Shown piece after piece: positions 13,051 through 24,524 of a stretch of DNA of 44,546 nucleotides. This stretch comes from Dirinaria sp. TL-2023a. Its lineage: Eukaryota. Numbering within the stretch: the stretch's first letter is position 1; each line of letters opens with the position of its first letter. A model generated the notes under the pieces. That model was not told the DNA's origin. It did no database searches and was given only the letters and a program-made list of their open reading frames with translations. The position numbers were made by a program, and so were the translations under genes. The DNA is taken from positions 1 through 44,546 of the forward strand of contig JAVEBF010000030.1 of the NCBI GenBank assembly GCA_051941275.1, read 5' to 3'.

Positions 13051-13755
13051 ATGAGTACGTAATGGCATTACTTCGACTGCGATGACTACCTTCCGGCATC
13101 CCTCCGACCCCGGACCCGCTCACGCTTCGATCTTACTCCGTATGGTGCAGACTTCAAATTGGACACTGCGGATTTTGATTTCGGAGAAAATCATATCATC
13201 CCCGTCCCGTGCCCCTACCAGAGTGCTTGCCAACACTGTGGCTCGCTCAGAGTGCATTTGGACGCGATTTTCGTGGCGATCGACGGTGCTTGTCGTGATA
13301 ACGGTGCCGCAGGTGCTCAATCAGCCTATGGGGTATTCTTCTCCACGCACTCGCCGCATAATTTGTGTTCGGTCATCCAGGGTTTCAGCCACACGAATCA
13401 GAAAGCGGAGTTACAGGCCTGCCTGATGGCTCTGCAAAAGGTGGAGGAGATCTTCGATCTATTCCAAGTGCTTGAAGATGAGCCGTTCATCCTTCGCAAA
13501 GTAGTCGTCAAGAGTGATTCCGAGTACGTAGTCAAGGGCATCACAGAATGGCTTCCCAAATGGAAGAGCAATGGCTTTCGCACCGCCCGAGGCAACCCAG
13601 TCGTCAACGTGAACCTCTTCAAGGAGATCGACACACAAATAGATTTGCTCGACGAACTTGGAGTGCGATGTCTCTTCTGGCTGGTGCCACGAGGCGAGAA
13701 CCAGGAAGCAGATCGGTTGGCAAATCGGGCGTTTGGTCAGGCCAAACCTCTGTAG
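13051..13755 (+). CDS. Stand-alone RNase H1-like protein (start uncertain: micro-exon plus intron, or premature stop at codon 4)
   Basis: All four acidic catalytic positions are present: AIDGACRDNG, TNQKAELQA, KSDSEY, NQEADRLA; also EWLPKWKSNGF. ATG at 13051 (GCCACCATG) is in frame but followed by TAA at 13060. No RT or integrase nearby. Confidence 0.82.
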
Positions 13756-15978
13756 GAGTCACTATGTCTGCGGTCTCTGAGCGCAGCTGTCTTTTCTCTG
13801 CTGGCAGGTCCTTCGTTCTTGTGTAAAGCCGGAACTTCAAGTGAGCTGACACCTTTAGTGACAATATCGGATCAGTCAACTAGGAGCGATCGTGCTAGGA
13901 ATGTGCTTTGAGGAGGAAACGTCACTGCGAAGTCCATGCTGCAGGTGTAATACTATCTGACCGCTAAATGTGCATGCGTTGAAATACTAGCATTCCTACA
14001 TTCGCATCCAAAACATGCTCGTATGAGACTAACAATAAGCACTTAGCTACCCACCCCTATCTCCGTGGCTATGTTCCTGACTAGTATCTGTTCTTCGGCT
14101 TCTCCATCCTTGCCTTACTACCTAACTTCCCCTTCCATGTCCTTCTATTCTGCCTCTTGTCAACTCCCCCTTTCCTAGCCCCCTCCCCACCTATTATCCC
14201 TTCGTCAACCCGCACGTGCACAACCCCAAAACAGATCAAAAAATTTCTATTCACCATTGCTCTGGGGCTTTGGGGAAGCGAATGGCTTTGGTTTGGCACG
14301 GTTGAATGGAGTAGGGTCTGGTCATCACTGTTGATGGCAGCCTTGAGGCAGCGTTCACCCTTGGCTTGATTGGTGATTGAGGCCGGGGCAGGTCTTGGAC
14401 TTCTTGGCATCATCTCCATATCCAAGTTAGACTTGATTTAAAGAAGGCATCGAGGATAATATTGATCTTCTGCGCAATCACGCTCGATCATTAAATCTAG
14501 TCGATTCAACTAAAGTCTTCTGGCCCTGCTAGTCTATCACTCTCCTTGCACTTGTCGTAGACCTTCAATACATGTTCAGGACAACGCAATGTAGTTGTAG
14601 AATTTGCATATTCCCGCAAACAGAATATCGGAGTTGTCGCTTTGGACTGAATACTCGAAGTGGTACCTTAAAACACAAGATGGGTAATCAGGCTGGATCG
14701 TGCTGGTAGGTAAAATAGTCTGGTGTACGAGTACGGCTGAGCAAATCTGCACTGCTGCTGGTAAGCTGGTTCCACCGGGAAGCCACCCGAGACTATCACC
14801 CGGACTCTTAAATTTGCTACCTAGCCGGCAGTTGATCCCTCCAAGGGGCAACTGTAGCCACCTACGCGACATAGTCTTGGCGTACATGATGCTAGCCGGG
14901 ACTTAGGTATGGTGTGGCCCCTCACTCCATAGTCCGTACTCGCGATAAGTACAAGTGCAGATATGGCTAAAACCTTGCCTAAAAAGCGCATACATCGTTC
15001 TGCCTTTCACATTGCTGGTTCATGGCGTATCGTCCGACGAGCTTGAAAATGTGGTGATGCCCTCGTGACGATGAAGACGCCGAATAGTCCTTAATGCCCT
15101 TCCAGCGGTATGTGCCTCCTCTTCTATGCCAATCCGACTGTGTAAAGTCCCAGCCATGTATCCCAGCTCTTGTGTATCACCTTCCTTGTATGCTCATCCT
15201 TCTGTAATGATTCTCCCCCTGTATGTCCCATCTCTCCATGTATCTTGTCTTGTCCGTCTCTTCTCTAATATATCTTTCCACATCTTTTATTCCTGTCACG
15301 ATGCTTCGAAGGTCGCCAACGCGGCATGGGACAGCTTTTCGACGTTGTCCCTTTTCAGGTCGACAAGATCTTTCTTGTTTCCATGCAGTATAACAACGTC
15401 TTAATGGCCGTCTTTAAGAGGAGAATATCATTGCTGGTCGCCCAACGCGAATGATCCTGATCGAACGTCGTCATCCTTAACAACGTGGTCAGCGCTGCGG
15501 TATTCCTGCTTTTCCCACGAAGTACAGATATCGAGCTTGACCCACTTCCATTCTTTAGTATTGCAACGTTTGTATGCCCCCGATTATGTGCCTCGCTCTT
15601 TCTTTGTCGAACCGAAAAAAAAAGCCAATCCTTGCCCCTCAGATTGCAGCGATGAGCGCACGAAAGGTCGGCGGGTTTGGAGGTATGTAGGGCTTGGTGT
15701 GGACGTAAATGCTGCAAGGAGCCTTGGCGTTGCAGGTCGCTGGGTTCCACATGACTCCCACTGATGCGTCTGCCCTTCTCATACAGTTTGCTACCGCCAT
15801 CTTCGTCCAGTTCGGGGATAGTTCCGGTTTATGCGAAAGGTTGCCTGCGAGGTATCCTTGATAGCCTGATGTAAGTATCGAACTATTACTTCGTAGCCCA
15901 ATTTCTGGATTTTGGATCGTGACAAACCTCATACAGTCCATTGTCCGAGACTCGCAATTTCTGAACAGTGGAGATCTT

Positions 15979-16795
15979 TCATTGCCAGACATTCCAATTT
16001 TCTCTCTGTCGAGCAGCGTTCTCTTGCTCCATCGGAATTCCGTAGAACCAACAGAGGTCGAAATCCATAACCCCATGGCTCAATAGTACGTAGGAAATCC
16101 TCAAGGCAAACAACTGAAAAGCTGAGCCATGTCCTGTTAATCCCATCACAAGTATATGTCTTCGGGAGCGGTACAAGTCGAGTTGGTTGATGAAAATGTC
16201 CAAGTATGCATGAATAAGCTCATGCACCAGCGTTAACAGGATCCTATCTCTCCGGCTTATTCCTAATGGACTAGCTTGGTCGGAGGAATCGATTTGAATA
16301 ATACGATCATGCCTTTGCCAATGGATGGGGCAAAATATACCAGAGGTGCAACCCCACAGACCGCCTTCCTTCAATCGCTGAAAGAATATCACGGTGCGGG
16401 CTGATACGCACGATCGAAAGAAGACCGTGTCTACGCAGCGCGCGAATCTTATTAAGGTATGGATATCCAGCGCTTCTGCATTAGGCCCGAAAGACCGCCT
16501 TATGTTCCTCATCTCTGCAAGTGCATTCAGTCTAGTTTGACTGATGCGGCCCGGTTCGACGTCCGATATCATCATGCCCCAGAGATAATCCGAATCATAT
16601 CTGGACGGGTATTTCCACTCGACGTCAAGGCTCGCCCCCTCGCAGCAAGGTAGCGGTGGATGAGCCTGAGGAGGATCTTCTTCAATACTCGCAGGCATCT
16701 CTGAGGTCGAAAGCTCGTCTGAGACTGTAGAAGGCACAATGTTAGCTAAGCTGCTAACATAATAATTAGAGTAGATCCGTACTACGATGTGCCAT
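15979..16795 (-). CDS. SprT-like zinc metalloprotease domain protein, 2 exons (16795-16783, 16724-15979)
   Basis: LLTLVHELIHAYL (HExxH) with downstream GHGSAFQ and upstream DTVFF. A GTACGG...CTAAC...CAG intron (16782-16725) supplies an ATG start. Confidence 0.75.
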
Positions 16796-16901
16796 CTCTA
16801 CTATCCACAGGCAAAAACCTCACTGAAGTTGCTAAGAACGACCGAAGACAAATGTCGAAGAATTGAGTCTTCTTCACGTCTTCTAAGACTCGAGTCTTGA
16901 A

Positions 16902-16927
16902 CGGCTGATAGCGGCTGATAGCGGCTG
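16902..16927. repeat. 10-bp tandem repeat (CGGCTGATAG) x2.6
   Basis: cggctgatag cggctgatag cggctg read directly. Confidence 0.85.
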
Positions 16928-17457
16928 CAATTTTGTCAAAAAGTCTCTCGAAGGTTTGCGTTTCGTCTCTCGAAGACTTGCGTTTCGACCGAAAGCTAGG
17001 ACAAAAGCTGATTACAATGCAAGTAGATGAAGCAAGCTATGGTATAGCTGTGATACTCAGAGGATGCTTTCACCTTGATGTCCACAGTATTCAGATGGTA
17101 CAGGCTACTTTGAAGAGCCTTTGTCTGCATTCAAGATATAAAGCAATAGAACCAGATTTGACGCTCGACACCCAAGATAACCCGCTCTATCGGAAGTTGT
17201 CCCGGTCTGTGACCGAAGAGATTACAGCTGGCATCCTCCAACACTCCGTTCATTCATGATTTCTCTTTGTCGAGTGGTGAACTGCTTTTGCCGAGAGACC
17301 GGGGGAGTTACCCTACAGCTTGATCCACACACCTCACAACTTCATCAAAGGAGTGACAGGTTATCAATTCTATTCTTCATAGCTTATTTCAGCTGGTCAG
17401 ACCTCATTCCCCCCTCTGCAACACACTTAGAGCAGCGACAGGATATCAATTCTGCCC

Positions 17458-17537
17458 TTCATGGCTGATAACAGCTTGTCAGCCTTCATCTCTGCTGTTC
17501 ATGGCTGATAACAGCTTGCCAGCCTTCATCTTTCTGC
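17458..17537. repeat. 40-bp tandem duplication
   Basis: ttcatggctgataacagcttgtcagccttcatct / ttcatggctgataacagcttgccagccttcatct at a 40-nt period. Confidence 0.9.
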
Positions 17538-17829
17538 AACACAATCAGTCAAACTGCATTTGGGGACGGAGGTACCTATTTAAACAACCGCCCCCCCCCC
17601 TCTTCCATTCTTTTTTTTTTTGCAAGCATCCACATCTACTCACTCCATCTTCCTTCCCACTCCTACACTTCCTCTTTCTTCAATCTTGGGCAGCTCAGCT
17701 ACATCTTTCAACCACCCTTGTGATATGCTTCAGCTGAGTCTGTCATAGTCCATCACTGCTCACTTTAACCTACCTCCTATCTAACTGTGTGATGTTAACT
17801 AGACTTTGATAAAAGCTCTTCAAAGGTCT

Positions 17830-20800
17830 GACATGTGAGTAGTACCTCTTAAAAGGTCATTGTGCTTTGCTAACACAGATCAGCTGTCCTTATATTAGTA
17901 TCATTCATCCTTCAGTACCTCTTCCTTACCTTCTCTCAAGCTCTCACACACCCTTTATTATGTCACTCGACTTAGTCTTTGGGCTTTGGGCATAAGTAAA
18001 GAGATGGACCCATACCTACACACCATATCACACTAGCGCCGATACCTCCATTCTATCTCCCTCACCTTCACATACTGCTTGGGTCAAGTCATTCAAGCTA
18101 GGCTTGGTGCATTACTCATAAAAAAGAACATGGATTCACACCTGACTTAATTTCCTATATCTCTTCTGTTGAGGTATCAAATCTAGGCTCCGTGCATCGC
18201 TCATGAGGAAAGAGATGGATCTACAACTACCATACTGGCTTTAATTACATACCTCCTCCGTTCTTGGCATCCTCTACCTCTTCAATTGAGACACTTAGTC
18301 TGGACTTTGCTCATCTATCACAGAGAAAGCGCTCGGTTCATGACTGTTTACTCTATCCACTCGGAATCTCAACTTTACATCCTACATTGTCTCAAGCTCT
18401 TATACCTCCTCCACAGTCATCTACCTTACACTTGTACATTAATAATAACAATAACCAAACGTGTTCTACCTTTCTATTATACTCTATCGCTGAACCCATC
18501 TTTACATCGAGCACTTGATCCCAAAATCTGACTACCTTAACTTTTAACCTTGATGACCACACTCTTCACAAGCTATACGCCTTGCATGGAAAGCCTTTTC
18601 GTGATGATTCTCAGCATCCTGTAAAGGGGCTTGAAAAGGTCCAATGAAAGATGGCCGTAAAGCCGAGACGGTACGATGATCTGCACATCAGCACTGATGG
18701 CAGATTTCTCATTTGTTGACTTATCTCACCTATTCTAATGCTATCATGTTTGACAAACTCTCAATCTTATCTCCTGAGTTGGAAGAGGGTTTGGTTGAAT
18801 CCCAGGAGGTCGAGTATACTTCCAAGATGGAAAACCTTACAACTCTCGAGTTCCTGTGGCGCCTGGCGGGATCTATTGCCCGCTGCAAGTTCTATGTCAG
18901 CAGCACGACATCTACGACTCCATCCGCTTTGAATTTTCGAGAGAATCAATACGTTGTGCCGCTCTTTTCCAACTTCGGAATCTCGAGCTCGTACTCAGCC
19001 GACAACAGTACCTTGAAACCGAGATACCTCAAGAGCGCGCTCGTTATACGCTTCTCTGCAAATGCATGGGGTTTGCACAACGCCTAAATCGCAAAGTGCA
19101 TTAGGAGCGTGTAGCTCAGGATCAAACGCATAATGCAACGTTGCCTTGGCCGTCGCGGAGAATAAACCGCCGAACAGTACCATTACTCGTTGGATTGATA
19201 GAGATACTCCTATCGCGAGCTATGGACTCAACTTTGATTTTCCAAACAAAGAATGGAAAGAATTTAAACGAAATCAAGATATTCAGACGTTGTTGACCGA
19301 ACTCTGGTACTTCCCGAAATCTTTTTTGCCACGTCTTGGCAAACAGACAGAGACATATTTGAGAATCGCGCTCTGATATGACAGATTCTGATTGAAAAGC
19401 TGGAAAGAAGGTCCAGTAAATTTGAGAAGAGAAGAGTGGAGTAAATTTAACGCCATCTATTACCGACGTTACTTTCAAGGAATAACAGCCTACTACTCCA
19501 CTGTCAAAGATCAAGGCGGTACTAGCTCAAATTGATCAGTAAGTGCAGTCGTGTCAGCTCCAAGGCGCAAGCTTACCTTCTCTTCCACAGAATAAGCACA
19601 CACGTTATGCTTCTTGTCAATAACAAGCGCGGTATACGTGTTGACCTTATCAAACATTTTCTATTACCTCCAAAACGAGGCTCTGCTCATTCTTATCACG
19701 CGCTTTAAGCTTCGCGCTTCAAGCTTCGCGCTACTTGCGTTGCCCCTACCACTACATTAAGAACCTTCTGTTCGACTCCAGCTCTTGTTAATGCATCTTT
19801 CTAAAAGGAATGTTTTCGGAGATCTCAGAATACCTTCTCAGAGATATTCTGAAAGCCTTTGTTCGCATTAGGTTCCACAAAACTTTCAGAAATCTTCTAC
19901 GATGTTTCAAGCGTGGGGTCGCCTTGACCAACGCATTGAGTGGGTTGACATCACAATGCGGATGCAGAACTGCGTTCGGCTGTCAAAGTAACACACAGTA
20001 TGATTGAAATTTTGGCTTTCAAGATACTTTTACTTATGTCCTTGGAGGCATGGAGACGCCTTGATCCACGTATCGGGTGGATCAATCTCACAACGCAAAA
20101 CCAGAATTGGGATCGACTGTCAAAGTAACAAACACTCGCAGCTAAAGTTTCCGGCTTTTGTAGAAAACAGTTTCCAATGCTGGTAACACCTACGAAGTAA
20201 GAAGCCTCGATTCTTCCGAAATGCGTTAGCTAATCATGCTCCTTGAAAGACTTATGCCCACAGCATCCATCGATTTCTGAGTCCTTATTCTGTCTAGGTC
20301 AGCGCCTCAAGAAGGACAACATAAGCATGTTTAATCATCAGCGATAAAAAGACACTAAAACATGGATCAGCCCGTCTGTTAAATTTTGTGAACTCCCTCC
20401 GTCCTCAAGCCAATGCCCTGAACATGCATCAAGACCGTTTCTGGAGACCAATTCGGGCGACCAATACGGAGAGGTCATTACATCGAACAGTACATATGTC
20501 GCGAAAACAGAATGCGAATCTTTCTTCGCCAACACAACGAAACTTAAAAATAGACCAACTCCTTTACTAAAGGTACAACATAGCACAATGGCAAAGATCA
20601 AGGAGTCTCCCGAAATCCTTGCACTGCTTCGCTCGTACCTCGTCAACGAACTGCCCATCTTTCTATTCAGCTATGCTCGAATGATGCTCGAGCCAATGAC
20701 GTTTGAATTTTGCATACAACAAACTCTCGATCGAGTTGACTTCACGGTCTTTCCATTACTTTCACAAATTTTCGAGATTCTGGCTCAGATAGGCGTCTCA

Positions 20801-23800
20801 GAAGCCCGGCAGGAGTTCCGGTTCGCTTATGTTTTGCATAAATTGACCTCGGAGTACAGCATTGAGGACCTTCTTGGTGAAGAGCCGATGCAGAGCTTAT
20901 CGGCGGGTGGCAGATACGTCCAAATTAACCTTTTTATACTATTTATACTATCGAACATCAACCTTCCGATCAATTTTCATACACATCCTACATACTTCTG
21001 TTCTTAAGTCGGGGCCTACCTCACCAAATCAATCACTGTATCAACCGGGCTGCCAAAAGCTTCGGTTTCCTTGTGCATTGCACCAATTGATCCCAGAGCA
21101 CAGCACCGAGAGCCATTGGGAAGAAAAATTCTTAGGCGAACAGCCGATGCAGAGCTTAACGAACTTCCTACAGATACATCAAAATTTATTCTGTCTATAC
21201 TATCTAACATCAATCTTTCGATCATTTTTCGTACTCATTTTAGATGAAGAATTTCATCGATTTTTTCGAGTTCACTGCTGAGCAATTCTGGTGGCCGATA
21301 CGCCAAGCAGGACCTCGTAGCGCAAATCCGGGCAGAATCGAGCAGCTCGTTGGAGAAATAACCATCTGTATGTCGCCGCATGCAGAACGGACGATGTTCC
21401 TGGAAAAATACGTGTTCACCTTATACTCAAAGTTCGTTGAATATACTACATAGCGAAAATGTGAAGCATCACCTTCAAGACCATTCATGATGAATTCTTT
21501 CGATCGACGATTCTCATGGCTTCAATTGGCCGCAGAAGAGCTCTTCATGATATCATGGGAGTGCTGAATATCACGATGCTGGACATACTGGGCTAAAAAG
21601 ACAAGAGACAATGCTAGACAACAAACCTCCTCGATACTCTTCGAGTCATGGGAAAAATGGCGCTGAATGCAAGAGGGATTGCTGGAGGCATTCAGCAGTC
21701 TTACTCAAGTCGTCGTGCCACTATACTAATTAGAAACACACAGCATCACCATCCGCCATTGCCAATTACACACAGCGGATGTATATATCGACAAAAACAC
21801 AGTGGATCCCAAGCGCGATGCACAAGACCGACTCATGTGGGAGCAGTGGCCAAGAGGTCTGAGACCCGGGAAAGAGACAACCTGATCTTGTGATCGGTGC
21901 CTGGCGACAGCCCGATCCAAGGATTACCTGGAACGACCTGGTGCGTCTTTGGCGGAGATGTCAGCTTCGGATCAACACAGACAGAGCTCATCAAAAACGT
22001 GGACCGGAAGGCCACCTCCTGTTCCAACGATGAGCTCATGGTCTGAGATTAGATGAAGAGAGGGCATCATCTTGTGATCGATATCTAACGAAAATTGAAC
22101 CCTCGCATCACGTGGAACGATCTGATTATGAGAATGCAGAGGCATGGTGGCCTTTTCCTAGGATAGTCAAACCTGCACGGCCCTCGTACTAAGAAGCCGC
22201 GAGACACTGGAAAGTCAAGTTCGAAGTCAGCGGATCAATCGTGATCAGACATGGACTTACCCTGGGAGCGAGACCATGTTGTGGAGTTGTCGGACGATCA
22301 CGATATCCAGCGCGAGCTCGATCCAGTCAGACAGCCATGCAGAAACAAGACCAAGAGAACATCTTCAAGCTAATTCTTCACCTCTTTCTTGACACGATGA
22401 GCTTTGCCATCATCCAAACTCACGATCCAAACGGAAGACACAGCTCTCTTAAATCATGAAATCAGCACTCATAGCTGGCTTTTCCAATTTTCACCGAGAT
22501 TGAGACATAGAGTCTCGACACTCACGAGTTCCAAACTGTTTGAAAGCTTCGTTTTGACAACTCGTGTCTCGACTTCTCCCTCAAAGAGACAATCCACTAG
22601 GATCGCTGAAAAGAGAAGATCAAAAGCCAATACTATCGCAATAGCGACCTAAACTCAACACCCGCCGAACCACTCCCTGTCTAAGCCAACAGAACCGGGG
22701 AAAAGAAGTGACGTGAAGACCTGAGACTGTCCAAACGCAATCGTGTCGACTGTTTTACATACGACCGCTGTCGTTTCCATACCCAGATTCTAGGATCACC
22801 GAAGAAGTAAGGACACGATAAAGACTCAGAGCTCGATCCAAGAAGCCAAAGAAATCGAAGAGAGGAAGTTCGGGCAGCGAAGAAATAATCGCTGAAGCCA
22901 GTACACCTACGACCGCCGCCGGTTCCATATCCAGATTCAAGCATCCCCGAAAAAGCAAGGACACGATAAAGACTCAGAGCTCGATCCAAGAAGTCAAAGA
23001 AATCGAAGAAAGGAGGCCCGAGCAGCGAAGACCAGAATCACTCAGGCCAGTGCGCAAGCTACAGCCAAACACTATTTCTGCTCTTTATTCAGCGCAACAG
23101 CAAAACCCAGCGCTTTTCAAAAGAAAGGAGTGACAAATGTTCTCGCGACCGAAGAGGGCTGCCTCTCGAGAATTTTCCAGTGGCGGAACTGTCATGGGCC
23201 ATGGCAATGGGCATGTACACACAACAACTGCTTCACATATACAATCAGTTCTCACTCTACATACACCTGTACTCGTACAACATGCCTGAAAGAACATTCC
23301 TACAGACCAAAGGCTTTACACATCTCCGGTATGAGATTTAGAGTCTCAAAAGTCTCACAAACCGACGAAGAGCGAAATCGGCTCAGATAAAGTACACACG
23401 ACATATCCTCTATCTGGATCATCCTCACGAGAGACATCTTGAAGATCAAGATTTACATATGCTCTCTCAGCATAACTTTCATGCCAAACACGAGAAGAGC
23501 TTTCTGACCCATCAAACAACATCAAACAAAGCACCATACCGAACTTCGATCATGTTGATGATCAATCCTTCATCTCCTGACATCAACCTCATCGCAAATA
23601 TATAATGCATGTCAGGCCAGTTGGTCTCGCGATCTAATTCCGGGATCATCAACGATCTCCGAGATCTTTCATAGAGGAGAGGAACGATATTTCATTGATG
23701 AAGAAATTAAAAATTGGAAAAAAATCATTGCTATTCAGGCGGTCGAAGTAATGACATCCTTCGAGAATAAAAGACGAGCTTCGGGAGCTCTGGTGAAGGA

Positions 23801-23900
23801 ACGGAGCAACGGTACACGGACGGATATCAGGGCGTTTGGTATAGACAGGAAAGGTCTTGTATATTTGTGCCGGGTTTATATAGCGTTGAGATTGTCAGAA
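17830..23900 (+). pseudogene. Decayed coding region(s) with internal duplications; product not identified; boundaries approximate
   Basis: Protein-like plus-strand fragments (18713-19087, 19146-19376, 20588-21007) are broken by stops and frameshifts. Four copies of a W-R-x-x-D-P-R-I-x-W-x-D motif and several diverged direct repeats are present. Confidence 0.5.
22761..23055. repeat. Two-copy tandem repeat, 148-bp period
   Basis: aaggacacgataaagactcagagctcgatccaagaag occurs at 22809 and 22957; flanks align with mostly transition differences. Confidence 0.88.
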
Positions 23901-24524
23901 TAGCTTCTAGAAGATTATATAGCATCGATCTCAGTTGTATAGAAGCATTGAACATGGGATTGCGTTGATGATCTGTGCAGATGTGCAATTTCGAACTTGG
24001 CTAACACCAGGGTTATTTACCCTCGGTCCGCTTGTAGTACCTTCGTAATATACGGGCCGAGCTAAAGTCGGGAAAAAATATTCATCCTCTCTCTGTGTAA
24101 AATCTCCGCTTGAGTGATGCCTGGAAACAAAAATCAATTATAGGAATACTTCGTAAGAAGACCCTTCAGCTGATCCGCATTCAGAATATCACTGGGAGAT
24201 CATCAGCGTCTTTTCCTCAGATGTGGATGTGTAGTCCGCCACCTACATTCAATTTAGGACTCAGATCAAGGAGGTTTTCTAATACTACCAGTCTAGCTTT
24301 GACAGTTTAGTATTGGGAAATCCTTGACTATCAGAATGATTCTAGAAAGGCCCCCCTGGGTCATCTATATGCCTTGACGCTCGCCTATACAACTATCTGA
24401 TCACAGCCCCTGCCTAATGCTAAATAAGGATTGTGACTGCAGTGCAATTTTTCACACTAAACCCACAAAAAGTTCCCTCCTGACTTGGCTTTATGGCTAT
24501 TAATAACATTCATTATTTTAGGTG

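Noticed and set aside
13159..13755. RNase H as part of an LTR or LINE retrotransposon
   Set aside because: No reverse transcriptase, integrase, gag or LTRs recognised nearby; motifs match cellular-type RNase H1.
22681..23060. 148-bp repeat as a RiPP precursor repeat or CRISPR-like array
   Set aside because: Only two copies, non-triplet period, stops in frame, no signal peptide, no repeat-spacer structure, and the context is eukaryotic.
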